In this document: positions 10,820-21,257 of the stretch, in pieces | Numbering within the stretch: the stretch's first letter is position 1 | How the letters are laid out: every line of letters starts with the position of its first letter | NCBI GenBank assembly: GCA_050011655.1 | Contig: JBEKIR010000002.1 | Location: 1 to 61,928 of the forward strand | Reading direction: 5' to 3' | From: Halobacteriota archaeon | GTDB lineage: Archaea > Halobacteriota > Bog-38 > Methanoflorentales > Methanoflorentaceae | Length of the DNA: 61,928 bases | Made by a program: the position numbers and the translations under genes | The notes under the pieces: generated by a model | The model's database searches: none | Seen by the model: the letters and a program-made list of their open reading frames with translations, nothing else | What the model was told of the DNA's origin: nothing

Positions 10820-11119
10820 GTCTCCGGTGCCTCCTTTCGCATCGGCTAAACGCCGATGGCTCGCTGTCTCCGAGCTGAACAGCCACAGGCTGATCGCGCT
10901 GAGCCCGATGCCTAGTTTCTCCAAGCAGCTGTCACTACTTAAAGACTGCACATTGAAGAAGGCTGATAAGCAGCGGCGTTGGCGCCGGACAACAATTGTC
11001 GCACTAAGGGTCCGCTATAAACTCTGTGTTCCGACGCTGCGGTTTAGCATGCTCTGGCTTGCACGCTTTCGCTTGAGCGATTTCCTTACAATGGCGCCGG
11101 CTCTGAGGCCCGAGCAGAA

Positions 11120-12355
11120 TCACGTCATTGCCGGATAAGCCACACCTGACAGTTCGCTCGTGTCGGCCGTTAGGGCAACCAAATCGTGCACGTCCAATCT
11201 GTGAACGTCATTCTTGCCTACCGCCCTCGAAATATCGGCAAGCTCTGACGTTGAAACGCGAATGAAATTAGCAAGCTTGCGGGCGCCGCGATCGATGTTG
11301 AATCGCTTGACGAGATCGGGGTCCTGCGTCGTTGTGCCGGTGGGGCATTGGTTGGTTTCACATATGCGATAATATTCGCAGGACATTGCCCAGAGCGCAG
11401 CTGTTGCGATGTAGACTGCGTCCGCCCCCAACGCTAAGCACTTTGCAAAATCAGCGGACGTGCGCAATCCTCCTGCCGCAATGAGCTCCGCGTGTTGCCG
11501 GTACCCAACCTCCTTGAGATACTGATGAGCCCGGGGCAGGAAGTTGATGAGAGGGAGCCCGAAGTTGTCTCGGATATAGCCAGGGGGGGCGCCACTGCCC
11601 CCTCCAAACCCATCAACGACGATGTAGTCGGGCTCCGCATAAACGATTACGTCGAGGTCTTTCTGGACGTGTCCGCCCGCAAACTTGATGCCCACTGGCT
11701 TGCCCTCTGTTGTGTCTCGGAGCATGCTTATTTTCTGCTTGAGATCTTCGGCGCTATTGACATCTGCGTGCCGTGCGGGGCTTCGCGCGTCGGTGCCGAC
11801 AGAAATGCCGCGCGTTTTGGCGATGAGTTCGGTGACTTTTCTCGCCGGAACGAGGCTCCCGGTAGCAGGGTACGCCGACTGACTGATCCGAAACTCGATC
11901 ATGTCAGCTTGTTTGAGCCGTTCATCCCAGACGCCAAAATGGCCAGTCGAGTATTGCAGCGTAAGGTACGTAGCGGATTCTCGCTCTTCGTCGAGCATAC
12001 CGCCCTCGCCGGTATTTGCCGCCGTGCCTGCGAGCGTTGACGCTTTCGCAAGGGCGATCTTCTGTTCTTTGTTTAGGGCGCCGAAACTCATTCCCGAGAT
12101 CATGATTGGCGTTTCGAGCAGAATTGGCTTCATTGAGCGTTTGCCTATCGTGGTGTTTGTGTTAACTGGCTCTGAGGAGTCTAAGGGGAGGAGATACAGT
12201 TGAGCCGGAAGGAAATTGAGCATGTCGAGGCTTGCCCGGATCTGCTTCATCGAGCCCATACCTTCTCGAAGTGATTTGTTCAGCGTTGCGGTCTTTTTAA
12301 CGTCTAGAATTTTTTTGTACTCCAAAGGATGCTCGTAATACGCCATTTCTCGCAT
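11120..12355 (-). CDS. FMN-binding glutamate synthase family protein (GltB domain-2-like)
   Basis: PIMISGMSFGALNKEQKIALAKAS..AANTGEGGM and GGSGAPPG motifs of the glutamate synthase FMN domain. Confidence 0.8.
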   Translation of the reverse strand: MREMAYYEHPLEYKKILDVKKTATLNKSLREGMGSMKQIRASLDMLNFLPAQLYLLPLDSSEPVNTNTTIGKRSMKPILLETPIMISGMSFGALNKEQKIALAKASTLAGTAANTGEGGMLDEERESATYLTLQYSTGHFGVWDERLKQADMIEFRISQSAYPATGSLVPARKVTELIAKTRGISVGTDARSPARHADVNSAEDLKQKISMLRDTTEGKPVGIKFAGGHVQKDLDVIVYAEPDYIVVDGFGGGSGAPPGYIRDNFGLPLINFLPRAHQYLKEVGYRQHAELIAAGGLRTSADFAKCLALGADAVYIATAALWAMSCEYYRICETNQCPTGTTTQDPDLVKRFNIDRGARKLANFIRVSTSELADISRAVGKNDVHRLDVHDLVALTADTSELSGVAYPAMT

Positions 12356-12511
12356 GATTACCCCTCGGCTTCTGCGCCGCTTATCAAAGTGGCCGAGTTA
12401 TATTTATTGGTTTCTAAACCCTATAATGGAGTGGAATACCCAGGAAACCCGGCAGGAGCTTCACGATTTGCAGTTTCTGCACGTTATTGACCGACCACGC
12501 GGAGGAGGCAC

Positions 12512-12910
12512 ATGGCAGTTAGTAGAAGACGAAACAGGTTGGCTGAGAGTAGGTGTCGATTGACGAAGTTGCTTATCATCGCGGCTTTGATTGAATATGG
12601 ACTTCAGATAGGCGACATTGACGTTGGGAAAGTTGTCCAAGACGACATCGACGAGGCAGCAGATCTTGCCAAACACGGTTCAGTCCACGTACCAACAATC
12701 GTAATTAACGTCCAGCAATTCGACCGTTTCGAGCGTTACGTTCCTGCTTGGTCGCATTTGTCTATCGAAACAGGCGTATTGGACGTTCTCGCCACGTTCG
12801 ACAGTGGAGAGCTCATCATCGGTTTGCCGCATCACACAGAAAAACGATGTATCGTGATCCCAAGCAGGATAGCGAAAGAATTTAAGGAGCTGAAAGCGCC
12901 AACTGCGTGA
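12512..12910 (+). CDS. hypothetical protein
   Basis: ATG preceded by GGAGGAGG with 5-nt spacing. 132 aa. No confident domain; a weak thioredoxin-fold-like VPTIVIN segment lacks CxxC. Confidence 0.4.
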   Translation: MAVSRRRNRLAESRCRLTKLLIIAALIEYGLQIGDIDVGKVVQDDIDEAADLAKHGSVHVPTIVINVQQFDRFERYVPAWSHLSIETGVLDVLATFDSGELIIGLPHHTEKRCIVIPSRIAKEFKELKAPTA

Positions 12911-13033
12911 GCGACGTGCATGAAGCCCAGAAATTAGAAGCTCGCTGAGCTTTTAGCTAAGCGCCCACCGGTCTGTGCGCGCTCAAGTGAAGATGGACCA
13001 CACTACAACGCGACGGCCGTTACAGGAAGCTTT

Positions 13034-13522
13034 ATGTCTTCCGCGCTCTTCGTAGCAAGCGTGCGGAAGGCTATCGTGCTCACGCTGTGCATCGTATCGT
13101 GCTGCTGCCTCGTCAGCGGTTGCACGGGCAGCGCGCCGAATCAGACGGCAAGTAGCCAGGGATCAAACCGTCTCCAAGCATCGCAAATCTCCATAAGTTC
13201 GGCTCGGACGGGGCTCGACGAGCCGGTGTCAATTCAAGCGACCTTGAAGGATGGGAATGGGCGGGCTTTGGATGGCAAGACAGTCGAATGGTTCATTGAT
13301 GGCGCGTCAGTCGGAAAAAGCCACGTGCAGAGTGGGACCACGATGATGAGCCTAACGAGCGAGTACGTCGACAACTTAGGTATCCAAACACATCAGGTCG
13401 GGGTGACTTTCTACGGAGACCAAAGTTACGAGAGCAGTACTGCTACTTCGTTTTTGCAGATTACCGCGACCGGTGCGGCAGAGGGAACAGCTTCGACCAA
13501 TTCCACCGCGAGTGCCGTTTGA
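13034..13522 (+). CDS. secreted/lipobox protein with one Ig-like (Big-type) domain
   Basis: Signal peptide ending LVSGC. The domain ends with VGVTFYGDQSYESS, the FxGDxxYxxS pattern of Ig-like repeat proteins. Paralogous to 17615..18391. Confidence 0.55.
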   Translation: MSSALFVASVRKAIVLTLCIVSCCCLVSGCTGSAPNQTASSQGSNRLQASQISISSARTGLDEPVSIQATLKDGNGRALDGKTVEWFIDGASVGKSHVQSGTTMMSLTSEYVDNLGIQTHQVGVTFYGDQSYESSTATSFLQITATGAAEGTASTNSTASAV

Positions 13523-14049
13523 GCGTTCTTGACACGCGTCGAGTGCGAGCTAGCTCTGATTTGCGTCGGTACTGCAGCTCTGTTTCTAGTGCAACAAAAT
13601 TGAGGCGCCGAGCACGTACGCAAGCTCGACGTACTACGACGGGACTAGCTCCACGCGTCGTTGACCGTCAGTCGATCTTCGTTTCGTTTACGTATCGAGA
13701 AAAGTTGGGATTTTTGAGGTCAATGAGATCTAGAAAAGTCTCAAAATCTTCCTCAAATTCAAGCCCAAAGAGCTCGGTCTCAAAGGTCGATGCTTGGCAA
13801 TTCATTTCTCGTAATAGGATTGTAGCTCGTATTTAAACCTTTTCTTTTGTTTAGAAGGCAAAAAAACGACGCTATAGTCTCCATATCAGCAGACCCGTCA
13901 CACAGAACAGCCAAGCGCCAACGCAGCACTCCAATGGAAATATCGCGATGCGCGGACTGGCTACACGTGTTGCAGGAGCGGCTCATGGTGCATCCCAGAC
14001 AGTTGGACGGCAGCGAAGGTTATATACGAAGTATGTGGGTTCATGGTTG

Positions 14050-14340
14050 ATGAAACCGGAAATAGACCTTAATCAGCTCGTCGACGAGTTTTTGCGATTT
14101 GAAAAGTACGTGGAGGAGTCCAAACTCTACGAACGCGTGGTCGCCGCTCCGTCGTTGTCAGATGACCGGTTGTTTCTCGAACGAGACTGGCAGCGGTTCG
14201 TGGCGTACAAGTATAATCAGGTGGGCGTGCGCGATGGTCTCCAAGACGCGATGCGAGACGGCTACGTTTTGCTGCTCCAGAAGCTCACCGAGCTGGCCCA
14301 GCAGGCCGGTTCGGAGCACAGCGGGCTCGACAACGAGTAG
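14050..14340 (+). CDS. hypothetical protein (96 aa)
   Basis: Clean ORF from ATG 14050 (MKPEIDLNQL...). A hairpin plus T-run follows at about 14362-14397. No recognisable domain. Confidence 0.4.
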   Translation: MKPEIDLNQLVDEFLRFEKYVEESKLYERVVAAPSLSDDRLFLERDWQRFVAYKYNQVGVRDGLQDAMRDGYVLLLQKLTELAQQAGSEHSGLDNE

Positions 14341-14523
14341 CAAAGACAGCTAAGCTCGGCGCCTCGCGTCTGGCAGCGAGGGCAACGGCGCCTTTTTCGA
14401 GTGTGAAAGCTTCGTAGCTCGCGCTATCATTGGTTTTGTCTCGGTTGTTTACGCTCAAATTGGCTCAAGCCTAAATACGTGGCGGTGCTAGATTGCCTAT
14501 AACTTATCACCGAGGCAAACAGA

Positions 14524-14886
14524 ATGAAGGTAGAGAAACTTAGGAAACTCTTTAAAGCGGTCCTTTCGGAAATGAAGAAGGAGCTGCAGAGTTACGCGTG
14601 GCTTTTTTGCGCTGAGCGCGGTTATTGCATCAACGATTCACTCTTGGTCGTGGACGATGCAGGGCTTTTGCCGGCAGTTCGAGTCGCTTTAACCCCAGCA
14701 TTACGGTATGAACTGCCACAGCTTGCGCACCTTGCCGCTGAACTCGAGAATGACCTTACCAACATCGTCTTCGACTACGCCTATAATACGAGGCACAAGA
14801 TAGGCGCGGAAGATCTGAAGACGATCGGGCATATTCCGTATGTCAGTGAGCATATCTGGCGACTAATGACCGTGCCACAAAACTAG
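14524..14886 (+). CDS. hypothetical protein (120 aa)
   Basis: ORF with plausible composition and no recognisable motif. Confidence 0.4.
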   Translation: MKVEKLRKLFKAVLSEMKKELQSYAWLFCAERGYCINDSLLVVDDAGLLPAVRVALTPALRYELPQLAHLAAELENDLTNIVFDYAYNTRHKIGAEDLKTIGHIPYVSEHIWRLMTVPQN

Positions 14887-15013
14887 TCTGACCTCTATTC
14901 GATGCGCGTGTTTGCCCCACCCAACTCGTTCTGAAACGACAGAGCTTTTTCTACGTTCACGTTCTTCGGAGCTAATAGAAATCCTTTTATACAGTTTAAT
15001 AAAATTGGCTGAC

Positions 15014-15027
15014 GGAAGTAGGTTTCC
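15014..15027 (+). promoter_or_regulatory. GGAA-N6-TTCC palindrome (NrpR-type nitrogen operator candidate) upstream of amtB-glnK
   Basis: The sequence ggaagtaggtttcc lies between AT-rich TATA-like boxes (about 14984-15006) and the amtB ATG at 15082. Confidence 0.45.
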
Positions 15028-15081
15028 TACTGCTTACTTTCCGCACGCATAAGATTTGTTTATTTGAACACGGAGGAACAC

Positions 15082-16302
15082 ATGGTTATTGCCGTTCTCA
15101 ATTCGGGAGATACCGCGTGGATGCTTATGTCTACGGCTCTCGTAATGTTGATGACTATTCCTGGATTGGCCTTGTTCTATGCCGGGCTCGTAAAAAAAGA
15201 GACCGTCTTGAATACCCTCTTCCTGTCGTTTTCGGCGTACGCTATGGTGAGCATCATCTGGTTCGTTTATGGATACCCCCTGGTGTTTGGCCCTGACGTG
15301 CACGGGTTTATCGGCGCTCCAGGAAACTTCTTCTTCCATAATGTGGTAGAATCGAATACGTTGGTTGGGTCGATACCAACGAGCGTTTATGCGGCCTTCG
15401 AAATGACGTTCGCGGCGATCACCGTAGCACTTATCTCGGGCGCTATCATCGGACGGATGAAGTTTGGCGCGTGGATGCTGTTTGTTCCGCTGTGGGCCAC
15501 CTTTGTCTACCTTCCTGTCGCTCACTGGGTATGGGGCGGCGGGTGGCTCGCGCAACTCGGCGCCCTTGATTTCGCTGGTGGCACTGTCGTTCACATTAAT
15601 AGCGGCGTTGCGGCGTTAGCCCTATGCTTGCTGCTCAGAGGCCGAAAAGACCGAAGTCTGCTGCCACACCAGCTCGGATATGCCATTTTAGGCGCCGGTC
15701 TGCTTTGGTTTGGCTGGTTTGGTTTCAATGCTGGATCCGCGCTCTCTGCCGGGACGCTCGCCGGCTCAGCGTTCATCGTTACGAACACCTCCGCGGCTGC
15801 GGGCATGCTCTCGTGGATGCTGATCGAATACCTTCGATTCGGCAAAGCGACCATGTTAGGCGCGGCTTCAGGCATTGTTGCGGGCTTAGTCGCGATCACC
15901 CCGGCGGCGGGATTCGTCAACATCCCGGCTGCTATGGTAATCGGCTTCGTCACCTCCATTGTGTCGTACACAGCGATTTCCTTCATCAAGCCGCGGCTCG
16001 GCTACGACGATGCGCTCGACGTGTTTGGCATTCACGGGCTCTCAGGCATTTGGGGCGCACTCGCTGTCGGGATCTTCGCGAGTCCTCTGATAAACGCCGC
16101 AGGAACCGGCCTTGCTTACGGCAATCCCGGACAGCTGGAGATACAGGCCGTGGCTGTGGCGGCCACATTTGCGTACTCCTTCGGGGTCACGTTGATCATT
16201 GCTAAAGTGATCGACCTTACCATCGGGCTGCGCGTGAGCGAGGCGCAAGAGGCCCAGGGCTTGGATCAGGCGCTGCACGAGGAGGCTGCATATCACATAT
16301 AA
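15082..16302 (+). CDS. amtB: ammonium transporter AmtB
   Basis: [42 protein letters not shown] and [10 protein letters not shown] motifs. GGAGG lies 5 nt upstream of ATG 15082. Confidence 0.95.
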   Translation: MVIAVLNSGDTAWMLMSTALVMLMTIPGLALFYAGLVKKETVLNTLFLSFSAYAMVSIIWFVYGYPLVFGPDVHGFIGAPGNFFFHNVVESNTLVGSIPTSVYAAFEMTFAAITVALISGAIIGRMKFGAWMLFVPLWATFVYLPVAHWVWGGGWLAQLGALDFAGGTVVHINSGVAALALCLLLRGRKDRSLLPHQLGYAILGAGLLWFGWFGFNAGSALSAGTLAGSAFIVTNTSAAAGMLSWMLIEYLRFGKATMLGAASGIVAGLVAITPAAGFVNIPAAMVIGFVTSIVSYTAISFIKPRLGYDDALDVFGIHGLSGIWGALAVGIFASPLINAAGTGLAYGNPGQLEIQAVAVAATFAYSFGVTLIIAKVIDLTIGLRVSEAQEAQGLDQALHEEAAYHI

Positions 16303-16335
16303 CCTTCGGGCGCGTATGCGTTAGCAAGGATTTGA

Positions 16336-16686
<351 letters not shown>

Positions 16687-16697
16687 GAGGCACGGCT

Positions 16698-16731
16698 GGT
16701 GATGGGCACCCCATCACCGCTCTCTTTTTTT
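16698..16731 (+). terminator. hairpin plus T-run after glnK
   Basis: ggtgatggg-cac-cccatcacc (9-bp stem), then gctctcttttttt. Confidence 0.5.
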
Positions 16732-16787
16732 AATCATGTGCGTTGTCTCCGTTCCGAAAGCGCGGCCGCGTTGCGCCACGCTGCTTG

Positions 16788-17240
16788 CTACGTCGCTCGA
16801 GTTTCGGCGTCTAAGCTAAAAGAACGATCAAGGACGTCAGCTGGTTTGAGGACCCAGACTCCCTTAAGGTCCACGGTACGCGCCCGTAATTCATCGAGGA
16901 ACTTCTCATACAGTGGACCAGCAGTTTGGAACTCTGTAACGGAGCAGATGACCTGACAAGCGATCTCACGCTCTCCGCTTGTTGAGACGCATAAGATGGA
17001 TACTAAGCTGCTGGTCTCCATATGGCGCATGAGCTCCTGGTCGATTTGTGCCCCTCCCGGCTGAGCCAACACAATGATATTTGCCTCAGGCGCTTTCACG
17101 CCTCGAATACGTACGAGGCTGATTGTGCCGTCAAGGGCAGTCGTTGCGAGCGTTGCCGTCGCACTACGATCGTTGAGCAACCGCATTGCTTTATCGGGAA
17201 GATCCATGTCGAGAACAGCCTCACACATCACCGAGCGCAC
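16788..17240 (-). CDS. possible PNPOx-like / FMN-binding split-barrel protein
   Basis: 150 aa. ATLATTALDGTISLVRIRG resembles the first strands of pyridoxamine-phosphate-oxidase-like proteins. Weak call, start uncertain. Confidence 0.4.
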   Translation of the reverse strand: MRSVMCEAVLDMDLPDKAMRLLNDRSATATLATTALDGTISLVRIRGVKAPEANIIVLAQPGGAQIDQELMRHMETSSLVSILCVSTSGEREIACQVICSVTEFQTAGPLYEKFLDELRARTVDLKGVWVLKPADVLDRSFSLDAETRAT

Positions 17241-17244
17241 TGCG

Positions 17245-17478
17245 CTAGTCTTTGTCTAGTTCAGAGACGTACAACACATTGTTGCCGCGCAGAATGAGCT
17301 TACCGAACGCCACGCGCCGGTGATTTCTGCACTGCTCGGCTCCGTCAAGAGAGATGTTCCAGTGCGGGTCGTACCCCAAAAACGTTCCTGTGAAAACCTG
17401 CGCGCCCTTCAACCGTACCGTGACATTCTTGCCGATGTTGCGAGACAACACCTCAAAAGGTCTTTTGGTCTGCGTCAT
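17245..17478 (-). CDS. Sm-like archaeal protein (LSm/SmAP)
   Basis: 77 aa. VTVRLKGAQVFTGTFLGYDPHWNISL (Sm1) and ILRGNNVLYV (Sm2). Confidence 0.85.
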   Translation of the reverse strand: MTQTKRPFEVLSRNIGKNVTVRLKGAQVFTGTFLGYDPHWNISLDGAEQCRNHRRVAFGKLILRGNNVLYVSELDKD

Positions 17479-17614
17479 ATTCTGTCAGCACTGCTCAGTA
17501 GCCCACGGATCGAGCCTATCACTCACCTCAAGACTCGTTGTCCACCTACATAAAGCATGTTGCTTCCCGAGGTCTGCATAATCTTTATCTCCTGAAATGG
17601 GAGAGTGATGGGTA

Positions 17615-18391
17615 ATGCTGAAGCGTTTTGTCGTCCTAGCGTCGATTTTGCTTATCGCGGTCTCTGTGGGCTGTCTGGAACAAGCGCACACGAGCGCGCC
17701 GTTGACGACCTCGGCGGCGACGACAACGCTGAAGATCAAAGCGCAACCAAGTGTCAACCAGAGCGAGTATGCGACGTTTACGTGTCAGCTAAACGTGACG
17801 CGCGGCCAAGGCTTGGACAACAAGGAGATCCATTGGTCTATCGACACTGTGAACAAAGGGACGACGCGCACCATATGGGGGTATGCGTCGTTGAACTTGA
17901 CTATACCCGAAACTAAGGGCTTATCGATCGGCAAGCACGTTCTGACGGCTTCTTTTGACGGCGATTCCAACTACACGCTGTCGCATGCGAAGACGACGTT
18001 TCAGGTGCAAATCGCCCCGGCGCGCACCGCGAGCGACGCGTCGCCTCGCCCGGAGCGCGAAAACGCATCAGTAACCCTGAGTGTGCCTCCTACGGTTCAG
18101 CACGGCTATGCCGACCTCACCGGCACGTTCTCAGGAATGAGGAGCGGCGCATCCCTCTATGTGCTGGTCAGACCTACCGGCAACGACACGTGGATTGTGC
18201 AAGAGCCCCCGCTTATTTACGTAAACGGCACGTACGCCGACCACGTATATTTCGATACGCACGGGAACAATAACAGTCAGCAGTTTGACCTGCTGGCGGT
18301 CATCACCTCAAACACCCTTAACGCAGGGGATAGCGTCAAGAATCTGCCAAAAACGCTCGCGCAAGACCACGTGACGACCACGGTGCAGTAA
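17615..18391 (+). CDS. secreted/lipobox protein with Ig-like domain and sequon-rich C-terminal region
   Basis: Signal peptide ending VSVGC. IGKHVLTASFDGDSNYTLS is the Ig-like repeat signature. Eight N-x-S/T sequons. Confidence 0.55.
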   Translation: MLKRFVVLASILLIAVSVGCLEQAHTSAPLTTSAATTTLKIKAQPSVNQSEYATFTCQLNVTRGQGLDNKEIHWSIDTVNKGTTRTIWGYASLNLTIPETKGLSIGKHVLTASFDGDSNYTLSHAKTTFQVQIAPARTASDASPRPERENASVTLSVPPTVQHGYADLTGTFSGMRSGASLYVLVRPTGNDTWIVQEPPLIYVNGTYADHVYFDTHGNNNSQQFDLLAVITSNTLNAGDSVKNLPKTLAQDHVTTTVQ

Positions 18392-18611
18392 GTCAGCTAC
18401 TATTTCTTCGCGCACACGTGCTGCGGATTCGACTTTATTTGGTGCCCATTGCGGCCCACCGCGCGTGCCGACAGGCCGCCAACGCCTCGGCTACTAAGAT
18501 CACAAATTATAAATAAAAACAGCGCGAGCATAAGCCATCATTAATAATGATATTTTGACGATTTAGCCTTTGAGGCTGAACGAAGGTGGTCTTAAAAAGG
18601 GGTGTAGGACA

Positions 18612-20378
18612 TTGGCAAACCGTTACGAGTGGACTGTAAAGACCGTGAATGGCCGAGAGATCATCGAAAAGCAGTGGCCAGGCAACATGCCGAACTATGA
18701 GCAAGCCTGTGCCGAATTTCGCTTCGAAGACGTGGAAAAGGAGTTTACCTGGTACGAAACAGGCCGAGTGAACGAGGCGCACGAAGCGATAGACCGGCAC
18801 GCCGAGGGGTGGAGGAAGAACAAGGTAGCCCTCTACGCCGACGGCCCTGACGGTGTGCGCAAGTACACGTTTCTTGATTTGAAGCTCCTGTCAAACCAGT
18901 TTGCGAACGTATTGAAGAGCCTCGGTATCGCCCGCGGCGACCGCGTCTTCACATATATGGCGCGGCACCCCGAGCTCTACATCGCGGCAATCGGCACACT
19001 CAAGAACGGGTCCGTTTGGGGGCCACTTTTCGGAGGATTCAGGGCAGAGGCCGTCATGGACCGGCTGGAAGACAGCGGCGCGAAGGCCGTGGTTACCACC
19101 CCCGATCTCAAGGCGTCGAGCGTCGACGAGATCATCGACAGTCTGCCTGAGCTCGAGTACGTGATCGTCGTAAAGTCGGACGGTGCCGAACTGACCGGCG
19201 ACCGCACCATCAGCTTCGAAGAGGAGATGAAGCGCGCCTCGACGACGCATCAGACGGAGTGGATGGACCGAGAAGACCCCGTCATGATGCACTACACGTC
19301 GGGAACGACAGGCAAAGCAAAAGGCGTGGTACACGTCCACAACGCGATGATCGGGCACTTCATCACGACGCGGTACGTGCAGGACGTCACGGAGTCCGAC
19401 ATCTACTGGTGCACAGCCGATCCCGGGTGGGTCACTGGCACCTCGTACGCGTGCTGGGGACCGTGGCTCAACGGCACGTCGCAGGTCTCGTACAGCGGCC
19501 GGTTTGACTCAGCGACGTGGTACGGCATCATCGACCAGTATCAGGTGACGATCTGGTACACTGCGCCGACGGCGCTCAGGCTCCTCATGAAAGACGGACT
19601 CGGCGTCGCGCGCAAATTTGATTTCGGCAGCCTGCGCTACATCACGAGCGTCGGTGAGCCGCTCAACCCCGAGGTGATACGCTGGGGACTTGAGGCTTTC
19701 AACCTCCCCATCCACGACAACTGGTGGATGACCGAAACGGGCCAGATACTCATCGCAAACTATCCGTGCATGTCCATTCGCGAGGGCTCGATGGGGCGCC
19801 CGTTTCCGAGCATCACGGCGTCGATCGTCGACGATCGGGGCAATGAGCTGCCCCCAAACACGCCGGGCAACCTCGTCATCAAGCCTCCGTGGCCCGCGCT
19901 GATGCGCGCTATCTGGCGAAACGAGGAGAAGTACAAGAGCTACTTCGAGATCCCGGGCTGGTACAAGACGGGCGACAGCGCGTTTCGCGACGAGGACGGC
20001 TACTTCTGGTTCATGGGGCGCGTCGACGACGTCATAAAGACCTCAGGAGAACGCGTTGGCCCGTTCGAGGTGGAAAGCGCCCTTGTCGAACACCCGGCCG
20101 TCGCCGAAGCGGGCGTTATCGGAAAGCCCGATGCGCTGCGCGGGGAAATTATTAAGGCATTCGTGAGCCTCCGGGCGGGGCAGATGCCGTCTGAGGAACT
20201 CAAGCAAGACATCTCGCAGTTTGTTAAAAAGCACTTGGCAGCGCACGCGTTTCCGCGCGAGATTGAGTTTATGGAAAAGCTCCCAAAGACACGGAGCGGC
20301 AAGATCATGCGCCGGGTGCTGAAGGCGCAAGAGCTCGGACTGCCTATGGGAGACCTCGCCTCACTCGATGAGGACTGA
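18612..20378 (+). CDS. acs: acetyl-CoA synthetase (AMP-forming, short AcsA type)
   Basis: WYETGRVNEAHEAIDRHA, MHYTSGTTGKAKGV, YWCTADPGWVTG, GDSAFRDEDGYFWFMGRVDDVIKTSGERVGP and PKTRSGKIMRR. The start is ambiguous: TTG 18570, TTG 18612 (GGGGTG 7 nt upstream), GTG 18645 or ATG 18687. Confidence 0.9.
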   Translation: MANRYEWTVKTVNGREIIEKQWPGNMPNYEQACAEFRFEDVEKEFTWYETGRVNEAHEAIDRHAEGWRKNKVALYADGPDGVRKYTFLDLKLLSNQFANVLKSLGIARGDRVFTYMARHPELYIAAIGTLKNGSVWGPLFGGFRAEAVMDRLEDSGAKAVVTTPDLKASSVDEIIDSLPELEYVIVVKSDGAELTGDRTISFEEEMKRASTTHQTEWMDREDPVMMHYTSGTTGKAKGVVHVHNAMIGHFITTRYVQDVTESDIYWCTADPGWVTGTSYACWGPWLNGTSQVSYSGRFDSATWYGIIDQYQVTIWYTAPTALRLLMKDGLGVARKFDFGSLRYITSVGEPLNPEVIRWGLEAFNLPIHDNWWMTETGQILIANYPCMSIREGSMGRPFPSITASIVDDRGNELPPNTPGNLVIKPPWPALMRAIWRNEEKYKSYFEIPGWYKTGDSAFRDEDGYFWFMGRVDDVIKTSGERVGPFEVESALVEHPAVAEAGVIGKPDALRGEIIKAFVSLRAGQMPSEELKQDISQFVKKHLAAHAFPREIEFMEKLPKTRSGKIMRRVLKAQELGLPMGDLASLDED

Positions 20379-20440
20379 GCGTCTTCTCCTCCTTTTTTCT
20401 TCATCCTTAAGTATGAGCCGGGCCTTTTGCCGTACAGGGT

Positions 20441-21016
20441 ATGGCGGAGACCGAAGCTGGCATAACTGAGTTTCGCATTACGTTGTGCGATCACGAGCGC
20501 CGTCAGCCTCAGCTGTCTGGAATCCAGCAGCTGGTTAAGGATCGCATCCACCAGTCGGCGGATTTGAGCGACGTCTACTACGCCCCGTCGGCCGCCTATG
20601 CCGAGCTGGAAGCGGTGTGGTCGGCCGCACAAGGAACGCTCAGCGTGGTGAAAACGATCTCTGCAGACGATGTTGCGGTGCTCCACTGCAGCACGTACGT
20701 GAAGCGCTTTGACCATACGAGAGAAGAGCTCAACATCAAGTCGATCATTCTGAGTAAGGGGTTCGACATCGGCGTTTGTACGGGGCGAAGCTTTGTCAGA
20801 TACTCCTGCAGCGATCTCATCTACATGGACCGTTTTTTTAGCTACCGCTTCGGAGACCGGAAGTACTGGTTCATCTGCTATCTAAGCTCCCTCGACGATG
20901 CAGAACTCATCAGCGACAAGTTCTCTGAGCTTTTTGGCGCACGCCGCGGACCTGAGGTCTTTGCGTGGCTCGAAGAAGCGCTCAGCTTGAGAAGAGCTCG
21001 AAGATATAACGGGTAA
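20441..21016 (+). CDS. hypothetical protein (191 aa)
   Basis: Clean ATG-initiated ORF after acs. No recognisable domain. Confidence 0.45.
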   Translation: MAETEAGITEFRITLCDHERRQPQLSGIQQLVKDRIHQSADLSDVYYAPSAAYAELEAVWSAAQGTLSVVKTISADDVAVLHCSTYVKRFDHTREELNIKSIILSKGFDIGVCTGRSFVRYSCSDLIYMDRFFSYRFGDRKYWFICYLSSLDDAELISDKFSELFGARRGPEVFAWLEEALSLRRARRYNG

Positions 21017-21257
21017 CCCGAAGGCGCCTCTTACAGCGCATCGCTAGCCGGTGGGATCCCTTATTATCCGGACGCTGCAGCACACTGATCGCCGAACTAG
21101 AGGTAAAACAAGCGCAGCTTTTGATTTGAGCAGGTCGACGCCTATGTCGATGGCGGACTTTGTCAACCTAGCGTACCCAGCGGAGGCGTCGAAAGCAGGT
21201 GCGCTTTAAATAGACGGCTCGCCACACTTCTATGGACGAACTTGATTGGTGATAGTT

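Noticed and set aside
13519-13836. 105-aa Arg/Ser-rich plus-strand ORF after the lipoprotein gene, and a 45-aa acidic minus-strand ORF (13668..13805)
   Set aside because: The composition of the plus-strand ORF looks non-coding. The small acidic ORF has no SD or motif support. Neither is reported as a gene.
15034-16302. Several long alternative-frame and antisense ORFs across amtB (15034..15594-, 15591..15989-, 15624..16205+, 16042..16296-)
   Set aside because: AmtB is unambiguous in its own frame. The alternatives are Arg/Pro-rich artefacts of GC-rich membrane-protein codons.
20000-20716. 238-aa minus-strand ORF overlapping the 3' end of acs and the start of the next gene
   Set aside because: It is antisense to acs and rich in Arg/Ser, with no motifs. 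Shadow ORF.
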